Shown piece by piece: positions 1-5,311 of a stretch of DNA of 10,551 bases. This DNA is from Hadesarchaea archaeon. Its GTDB lineage: Archaea > Hadarchaeota > Hadarchaeia > Hadarchaeales > WYZ-LMO6. The number at the start of each line of letters is the position of its first letter. Within the stretch, counting starts at the first letter, position 1. The notes beneath the pieces are model-generated. The model had not been told where the DNA came from, did not search any database, and was given only the letters and a program-made list of their open reading frames with translations. The position numbers and the translations under genes were made by a program. Where the stretch lies: positions 1 through 10,551 of the forward strand of contig JAPDJF010000022.1 of assembly GCA_029259185.1 (NCBI GenBank), written 5' to 3'.

Positions 1-39
1 TGAGTTGAGGACAACCCTTAGTTTTGAATCCTCGAGGTA

Positions 40-570
40 TTGAGATTGGGGGGTTTATCGGTGGAGCAGGAAGAAGAGCTTGAGAAATGGTTTTCGGGGG
101 CGAGGAAGGTGGTGGTCATGGGGGTGGGGAATCCGCTGAGGAGAGACGACTTCGTCGGGATACAGGTGGTGAGAAACCTCCGGGGGAGGGTTGGTGGGGT
201 TGAGTTGATCGAGTGCGAGACGGTGGCGGAGAATTTTTTGGAAGATATAGAGCGAGCGGCACCGACTCACCTTCTCATAGTGGATGCGGGCCTCCTCGGC
301 TCCGAGCCCGGTTCCTGGAGACTGGTGAGGTCAGATGAGCTTGATGTTGAGACGGTGTCGACCCATGCTTTGCCCCTCCGGATCTTCTGCGATTACGTCA
401 GGGAGGTCGTGGGGGCTAAGGTTGCTCTGCTCTGTATTCAACCAAAGGACACAGACTTCGGCGAAGGAATGACACCGGAGCTTGAGAAGGTAGCCGAAAG
501 CTTGGCCGAGCTTCTTGCCCGGCTCTTGGGTCGGAGTAGTTTTATCTTGGGGGAGCACCAAAGACCTTAG
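40..570 (+). CDS. hycI: Hydrogenase maturation endopeptidase (archaeal HycI-like)
   Basis: Motifs GVGNPLRRDDFVG (GxGNxxxxDDxxG), LLIVDA and STHALPL, plus a C-terminal FGEGMTPEL. Abuts hypC. Start is uncertain (TTG 40, TTG 46 after GAGGT at 34-38, or GTG 61). Confidence 0.9.
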   Translation: MRLGGLSVEQEEELEKWFSGARKVVVMGVGNPLRRDDFVGIQVVRNLRGRVGGVELIECETVAENFLEDIERAAPTHLLIVDAGLLGSEPGSWRLVRSDELDVETVSTHALPLRIFCDYVREVVGAKVALLCIQPKDTDFGEGMTPELEKVAESLAELLARLLGRSSFILGEHQRP

Positions 571-798
571 ATGTGTTTGGCGATTCCTGGGAGGGTCGTG
601 GAGAAGGAAGGCGATGTGGCGAGGGTGGACTTTGGAGATGGAACGCTAAGAGAAGTAGATGTTTCCTTGGTTGAGGTTAAGGTCGGTGAATACGTACTCG
701 TGCATGCCGGTTTCGCTATCCAAGTCTTGGACGAGGAGGACGCTCGTGAGACCCTGAAGCTATGGGAGGAAATTCTGAGTCAAGAAGTAACTCCTTGA
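571..798 (+). CDS. hypC: Hydrogenase maturation chaperone HypC
   Basis: N-terminal MCLAIPG with the conserved Cys2, VGEYVLVHAGFAI motif, 75 aa, directly upstream of hypD. Confidence 0.97.
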   Translation: MCLAIPGRVVEKEGDVARVDFGDGTLREVDVSLVEVKVGEYVLVHAGFAIQVLDEEDARETLKLWEEILSQEVTP

Positions 799-808
799 GT
801 TGGGTTGG

Positions 809-1927
809 ATGTTTCGGTTCAGAGATCGCACCACCGCGGAGCGGATTATCAAAAAGTTGCGGGAAATGGGTTTGAACATCTTCCTCATGCACGTTTGTGG
901 AACCCACCAAGATACCTTAGTCAGATATGGGCTCGACTGCATGCTTGAACCCTGTGGGGTAAAGATAAGGCAGGGTCCTGGGTGCCCGGTGTGTGTGACC
1001 ACACCGGAGGAGATAGAGGAAGCGCTCATTCTTGCTAGGAAGGGAAAGATCATCACCACCTTTGGAGACATGATGAAGGTGCCGGGGGAGAGTGGATCCC
1101 TTCAAAGCATGAGGGGGAAAGGACACAGGATCCAAGTCGTGTATAGCATAAGGGATGCTGTGGAGCTGGCGAGGAGAGTGCGGGAGGATGTGGTCTTCTT
1201 TGCGATAGGGTTCGAGACCACCGCACCCTCCACCGCCGCCACGTTGCTCAGCGATCCTCCTTCCAACTTCTCGATTTTGAGCTGCCATCGCTACATACCT
1301 CCTGCGGTGAAGGCCCTCTTAGAGATGGGTGAGACGAGGATCCAGGGGCTAATAGAGCCTGGCCACGTCTCTACTGTCATAGGAACGAGACCATATGAAG
1401 AGATCGCAGAGAGATACAGGATCCCGCAAGTGGTTGCAGGATTCGAACCCCTTGATCTGCTCATGGGGGTGTACATGCTCGCCCAAATGATCAGGAAAGG
1501 TGAATGGAGGGTGGCGAATGAGTACGTGCGCTCGGTCAAACCCGAGGGGAACACCAAGGCGCTCAAGGTGATGGATGAGGTCTTTGAGCCCACCGACGTA
1601 GCTTGGCGAGGGTTCCCCGTGATCCCAGGCTCTGGCATGAAGCTCAGGCAGAGGTTCGAGGAGTACGACGCTCGTACGCTATTCGAGGACGAGCTCAAGG
1701 AGCTGAGGGGGATGGAGTTCAGGACTCCATCCGGGTGTAGATGCGATGAGATCTTGAGGGGTATCATAGACCCTCCGGAGTGCCCGCTCTTCGGAAGGGT
1801 TTGTACTCCCCAGAGCCCTGTTGGTCCTTGCATGGTGTCCGCAGAGGGTTCGTGTAGCATCGAGTACAAGTATGGGAGAAGGAAAATAAACCGGGAGAGT
1901 ATCCAGATGGGTTCTGGAAAACGGTAA
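809..1927 (+). CDS. hypD: Hydrogenase maturation protein HypD
   Basis: Motifs MHVCGTH, GPGCPVC, GFETT, PGHVS and the C-terminal Fe-S region GCRC...ECPLFGRVCTP...GPCMVSAEGSC. ATG 809 is preferred over the TTG at 800 in the ORF track. Confidence 0.97.
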   Translation: MFRFRDRTTAERIIKKLREMGLNIFLMHVCGTHQDTLVRYGLDCMLEPCGVKIRQGPGCPVCVTTPEEIEEALILARKGKIITTFGDMMKVPGESGSLQSMRGKGHRIQVVYSIRDAVELARRVREDVVFFAIGFETTAPSTAATLLSDPPSNFSILSCHRYIPPAVKALLEMGETRIQGLIEPGHVSTVIGTRPYEEIAERYRIPQVVAGFEPLDLLMGVYMLAQMIRKGEWRVANEYVRSVKPEGNTKALKVMDEVFEPTDVAWRGFPVIPGSGMKLRQRFEEYDARTLFEDELKELRGMEFRTPSGCRCDEILRGIIDPPECPLFGRVCTPQSPVGPCMVSAEGSCSIEYKYGRRKINRESIQMGSGKR

Positions 1928-1944
1928 CAAACGAACCGCTTTCC
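1916..1944 (-). repeat. Inverted repeat / stem-loop at the distal end of the tnpB element
   Basis: Minus strand GGAAAGCGGT-tcgtttgtt-ACCGTTTTCC forms a 10-bp stem with one G-U pair. The same position is an A-C mismatch on the plus strand. Confidence 0.7.
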
Positions 1945-1977
1945 TTGGGACTCCCCACGCCCGGAGCCCTCAAGAGT

Positions 1978-2378
1978 TCATCGGGGGCCCTCAACACGCT
2001 TCTCCCCCGTCAGGGCGAACCCACTCACGACGCGCTCGAACCACTTTGCGTCGTGGGGAAGTCCCTCCATCTGAAGGTACAGGTTCACGGCAACGTTGAG
2101 TTGCCGTGAGATGCTCCTTTCGGGGCTTTGTTTGCTTCCCCACACCTGGAGCAGCGCCTGGTTGAGTTGCGCGGGTTGAGCGGTTTGCCGACACGCGCTT
2201 TGTAGCCGAGCATCGCTCGGAGCTGCGACCAGTTTGCCTTCGCGAGCCTTCGGTTGTGCGTTCGGCAGTCGTTGAACATGCTCCGCTTCCCAAGCCGTTC
2301 GAAGCGGTGCTCGGAGTTCGGGAAGACCCTAGCTAGCTCGGCGGTGATCTGGTGGAGCAGGTTCCTCGCGCGGGCGTG
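1978..2378 (-). pseudogene. tnpB: Truncated, frameshifted tnpB (RNA-guided endonuclease family) remnant
   Basis: The minus frame from 2378 reads HARARNLLHQITAELARVFPNSEHRFERLGKRSMFNDCRTHNRRLAKANWSQLRAMLGYKARVGKPLNPRNSTRRCSRCG (bridge helix, RuvC-II E-x-L, YKA, first CxxC of the zinc ribbon). It then shifts frame into ISRQLNVAVNLYLQMEGLPHDAKWFERVVSGFALTGEKRVEGPR* (RuvC-III-like region). The N-terminal half and the second CxxC are missing. Confidence 0.85.
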
Positions 2379-2470
2379 CTAGAGGGTATGGAGTTAACCC
2401 TCCCTTGCGAGGGGTCAAACTAGGAAGCGTTGGCGATGTTACAGAGTCAACGTTTTCTAGGGACTCCGGC

Positions 2471-2788
2471 TCACATCTCGATAGTCCACTTCTTCGGCTT
2501 CCGAGAGAGGAGGTAAACCCAGATCCACAAGACTAGACCGCCTAGGGCAGAGAGCAAAAAATCAACAATCCAGAGGATGTGGTCCCCCCAGTTGAACATC
2601 AGTTCTACAAGATCAACTGGTGGGAGCCAGAGGAAAATGATGACGGATAATATCAGGAGGGTTGTCCCGAGTGTCAAGTAGGGAGCTAGGCCCCGGAAGT
2701 TATGTCGCCAATTCGCTCGGAGATTGGCTATGAATTCTCTTCGGTCGAGGGGTAATATAAGGAGAAAGACGGCGGCGACTATGGGCAT
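2471..2788 (-). CDS. Small hypothetical membrane protein (105 aa, about 3 hydrophobic segments)
   Basis: ATG is preceded by a strong SD-like GGAGGTG on the minus strand. Hydrophobic stretches IVAAVFLLILPL, YLTLGTTLLILSVIIFLWLPP and ILWIVDFLLSALGGLVLWIWVYLL are followed by a basic tail SRKPKK. No family recognised. Confidence 0.65.
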   Translation of the reverse strand: MPIVAAVFLLILPLDRREFIANLRANWRHNFRGLAPYLTLGTTLLILSVIIFLWLPPVDLVELMFNWGDHILWIVDFLLSALGGLVLWIWVYLLSRKPKKWTIEM

Positions 2789-2793
2789 GTTTC

Positions 2794-2827
2794 ACCACCT
2801 CCTTCATTCCTTGTCTGAGGAGGTGGC
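2794..2827 (-). promoter_or_regulatory. Hairpin sequestering the Shine-Dalgarno site of the membrane-protein gene
   Basis: Perfect 9-bp inverted repeat CCACCTCCT (2795-2803) / AGGAGGTGG (2818-2826). On the minus-strand mRNA the 3' arm is the SD itself. Confidence 0.6.
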
Positions 2828-2985
2828 TAAAAGCGGGCGGCCAGCATTCTAATCAAACCCGGTATTTTTGTGTAAAGCGCTACGGATACAAAATTGTAAA
2901 CGCAACAGAACTTGCAAGTACTGGGTTCTTCCACGGTGAGTTGGAGGCATCAACCGATAAGGTACGGGTGCTTTATCACGGAGTT

Positions 2986-4050
2986 TCAGCATATCCTCGG
3001 AACCGGGTCGCCGTACGGTGGGGGAATGATTCGTTTTCCTCCAGGGGAGGTCTCCATTACCACCCCTCCGAACTCGGAAGTCGCTTCCCCGATCACCTCC
3101 GCGTCTCTCCCCTCCTCCATCCGCTTCAGTGCCGTGAGCACGTCATCCGCTAGCTCGGGAACTACACCTATTATCACTTTACCCTCGTTCGCGATCTCCA
3201 GCGGATCTATCCCCAGCATTTCACATGCTGCTCTCACTCCCTCTCTCACGGGTATGCGCTCCTCTTGCAGGAGAACACCCACTCCTGACTTTTCGCTCCA
3301 CTCGTTCAGGGCATTGGCAAGGCCCCCCCGCGTTGGATCCTTCATCGAGACTATTCCCCCCACCTCCAGCAATCGTTGGATCATCCGATTCAGCGGGCGG
3401 GCATCCGACTTCACCTCGGTCTCGAATCCGTAACCCTCTCTAGCAGAGAGGATGGCTATTCCGTGATCTCCTACCGTTCCTGAAACGATGATTTTGTCCC
3501 CAGGTCTCAGGTTTGAGTCAAGGAGCCACTGGCTTTCCATCTCCCTGTATTCCCTCACCACTCGTAGGTTGTGTTCCAGCGCCTCGGTTCGCGTTCCTAT
3601 ACCCGAGGTGTTTATCACGATTCTATCGAGCGAACCTTTCTCCATCACCTTCGTGTCCCCCGTGATGATATGGACCCCAGCCTCCCTACATGTCTCAGCG
3701 GCACTCCTCACTATTCGCTTGAAGTCCTCGGTTGGGAACCCCTCCTCTAAGATGACACCACACGCGAGGGCGAGCGGCTTGGCCCCGACTACTGAGATAT
3801 CGTTCACGGTTCCGGAGACAGCTAGGCTTCCTATGTTTCCACCGGGAAAGAATATGGGTTTGACGGTGTACGAATCGGAGTGGAGGACGATGCCATCGAT
3901 CACCGATGCATCGTCTAGTGCTTCCAGTGGTACCTCGGCCTTGCTTCCCCCTAACTCCTTCAGGATGAATTCTTGGATGAGTTCCCGCATCACGCTCCCC
4001 CCCGCCCCGTGGGCCATTGTGATCCGATCGTTCCTGTCCATGGGCCCCAT
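2986..4050 (-). CDS. hypE: Carbamoyl dehydratase HypE
   Basis: Motifs ITMAHGAGG, DSYTVKPIFFPGGNIGSLAVSGTVND, GDTKV, KDPTRGG, ANEG and the diagnostic C-terminal PRIC. Alternative start ATG 4041. Confidence 0.97.
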   Translation of the reverse strand: MGPMDRNDRITMAHGAGGSVMRELIQEFILKELGGSKAEVPLEALDDASVIDGIVLHSDSYTVKPIFFPGGNIGSLAVSGTVNDISVVGAKPLALACGVILEEGFPTEDFKRIVRSAAETCREAGVHIITGDTKVMEKGSLDRIVINTSGIGTRTEALEHNLRVVREYREMESQWLLDSNLRPGDKIIVSGTVGDHGIAILSAREGYGFETEVKSDARPLNRMIQRLLEVGGIVSMKDPTRGGLANALNEWSEKSGVGVLLQEERIPVREGVRAACEMLGIDPLEIANEGKVIIGVVPELADDVLTALKRMEEGRDAEVIGEATSEFGGVVMETSPGGKRIIPPPYGDPVPRIC

Positions 4051-4137
4051 TGGTTTTACACCCAGCAGCCTTAAATTTTGAACGATTTCCCAGGAGCAAA
4101 AGACTTTATCGCTCTTCTCTCTTCTTTTTTGGATTCA
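4051..4137. promoter_or_regulatory. Divergent archaeal promoter region for hypE and hypA-hypB-hypF
   Basis: 87-bp AT-rich gap. Minus-strand CAAAA-TTTAAGG (about 4080-4069) lies ~25 nt before the hypE ATG. Plus-strand AAAAGAC-TTTATCG (4098-4111) lies ~30 nt before the hypA ATG. Neither gene has an obvious SD. Confidence 0.55.
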
Positions 4138-4545
4138 ATGCACGAATGGGCGGTAGCCGAAGGGGTGGTGGACACCTTGCTCGAACTTGGGAAGAAAGAA
4201 CGTGCGAAGCGGATAGTCCGGGTCAAGCTCAGGGTGGGGGAGCTTCGACAGATAGAAAGGGATCTTTTCGAATTCGCGCTGCGGGAGCTGGCGAAAGGCA
4301 CGATCGCGGAGGGTATGGGGGTCGAAGTGGAGGTCGAGAGATCAGTGATGTGCTGTAGGGTGTGCGGATTCAAGTGGTCCTTCGATGAGGTGAAGGAGAA
4401 GCTCGGGGAAGAAGAAAATGAGGCGATTCACTTCCTCCCGGACATCCTTCCCGTGTACGTGAAGTGTCCCGGGTGTGGGAGTGTGGACTTCGAGGTCTCC
4501 GAGGGGAGGGGAGTGGTGATCTGGTCGGTGGAGATGGAGAAGTGA
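4138..4545 (+). CDS. hypA: Nickel metallochaperone HypA
   Basis: The MHE nickel-binding N-terminus fixes the start at ATG 4138, not 4078. Motifs VGEL, CRVC...CPGC zinc site with a long insertion containing IHFLP, and the GRGV end. Confidence 0.96.
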   Translation: MHEWAVAEGVVDTLLELGKKERAKRIVRVKLRVGELRQIERDLFEFALRELAKGTIAEGMGVEVEVERSVMCCRVCGFKWSFDEVKEKLGEEENEAIHFLPDILPVYVKCPGCGSVDFEVSEGRGVVIWSVEMEK

Positions 4546-5282
4546 TGGAACTCGATCCCCGGCGGGTTGCGGTCAGGAAGATGCTTGGAAGGGTAAAGAG
4601 AGTGGTTTCGGTGGTAAGCACAAAAGGGGGGGTCGGAAAAAGCATGATCTCGGTCACCTTCGCCCTGATCCTTTCTAGGCGGGGGTACAGGGTGGGTCTC
4701 TTGGATCTCGATCTCCATAACCCTTCCGCCCATGTCATCCTGGGCGAGTGTGGGGCCCCGTCCGAGGATAGGGGAATCCTTCCCCCAGAGGTTCATGGAT
4801 TGAAGTTCGTTTCGATTGTACACTTTTCGGATGGAAGGCCTGTTTTCCTGAGGGGAGGTGAGATTTCTGACACCATAGTTGAGCTCCTCTCGGTATCTCA
4901 GTGGGGCTCTCTCGATTTCCTCATCGTGGACATGCCTCCAGGAAGCGGGGATGAATTACTCGAGACCATCAAGCTCTTGCAAGGGCTGGAGGTTCTGGCG
5001 GTTTCTACTCCCTCGAAACTTGCGAGGGAGGCGGTGGAGAAGATGGTCGCGATGCTGGAGGAGATGGGTGTTCGTGTGGTCGGGGTGGTGGAGAACATGG
5101 TCCCCCCCGGAAGCCTAGGGGAGCGGGACGAGCGGGTTCTGGGAAAGATAAGGTTCGATGGAAGAGTGGAGGAGGCAATAGGAAAGGTGGAGGAATTACT
5201 CAGCACGGACTTCGCGATGGATGTGGAAAGGGTGGTGGAAGCGTACCTCAGGGCTTCAAATATTCGGAGGGGCGTGAAGTGA
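4545..5282 (+). CDS. hypB: Mrp/MinD-family ATPase, probable ATPase-type HypB
   Basis: Deviant Walker A STKGGVGKS, LLDLDLH, WGSLDFLIVDMPPG and VVENM. N-terminal DPR motif. Lacks the CxxC found after ENM in Fe-S carrier Mrp/ApbC proteins. The start overlaps the hypA stop (TGATG, 4543-4547). Confidence 0.85.
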   Translation: MELDPRRVAVRKMLGRVKRVVSVVSTKGGVGKSMISVTFALILSRRGYRVGLLDLDLHNPSAHVILGECGAPSEDRGILPPEVHGLKFVSIVHFSDGRPVFLRGGEISDTIVELLSVSQWGSLDFLIVDMPPGSGDELLETIKLLQGLEVLAVSTPSKLAREAVEKMVAMLEEMGVRVVGVVENMVPPGSLGERDERVLGKIRFDGRVEEAIGKVEELLSTDFAMDVERVVEAYLRASNIRRGVK

Positions 5283-5311
5283 CATGGGTTTGACGTCCGA
5301 GGGGATCACGC

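Larger units (their letters stand above)
1909..2462 (-). mobile_element. Internally deleted non-autonomous IS (IS200/IS605 or IS607 family) carrying the tnpB remnant; boundaries inferred
   Basis: The tnpB fragment is flanked on one side by a 10-bp terminal hairpin (1916-1944) followed by AGAACCC on the minus strand. The other side has three GAGTCAAC-like repeats (2391, 2412, 2444). GGG occurs at both proposed junctions (1909-1911, 2460-2462). Confidence 0.55.

Noticed and set aside
1291-1869. 192-aa antisense ORF, and similar ones at 2912-3433, 3488-4081, 5377-5733, 8195-8728 and 8976-9470
   Set aside because: Shadow frames opposite well-conserved genes, with Ser/Pro/Thr- or His-rich composition and no motifs.
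1991-2293. 100-aa minus-strand ORF over the tnpB remnant
   Set aside because: Off-frame reading of the pseudogene. The TnpB motifs are in the other two frames.
2329-2503. Possible CRISPR-like periodicity of CTAG (2379, 2420, 2457) near the tnpB remnant
   Set aside because: Only 4-5 bp are shared and no 23-47 bp repeat is present, so this is not a CRISPR array.
4078-4137. N-terminal extension of HypA in the ORF track
   Set aside because: HypA needs a free MHE N-terminus for nickel binding, and this stretch is the divergent promoter region.
4464-4544. N-terminal extension of the ATPase in the ORF track
   Set aside because: It overlaps hypA by 82 nt. ATG 4545 gives a TGATG coupling and the family-typical DPR start.
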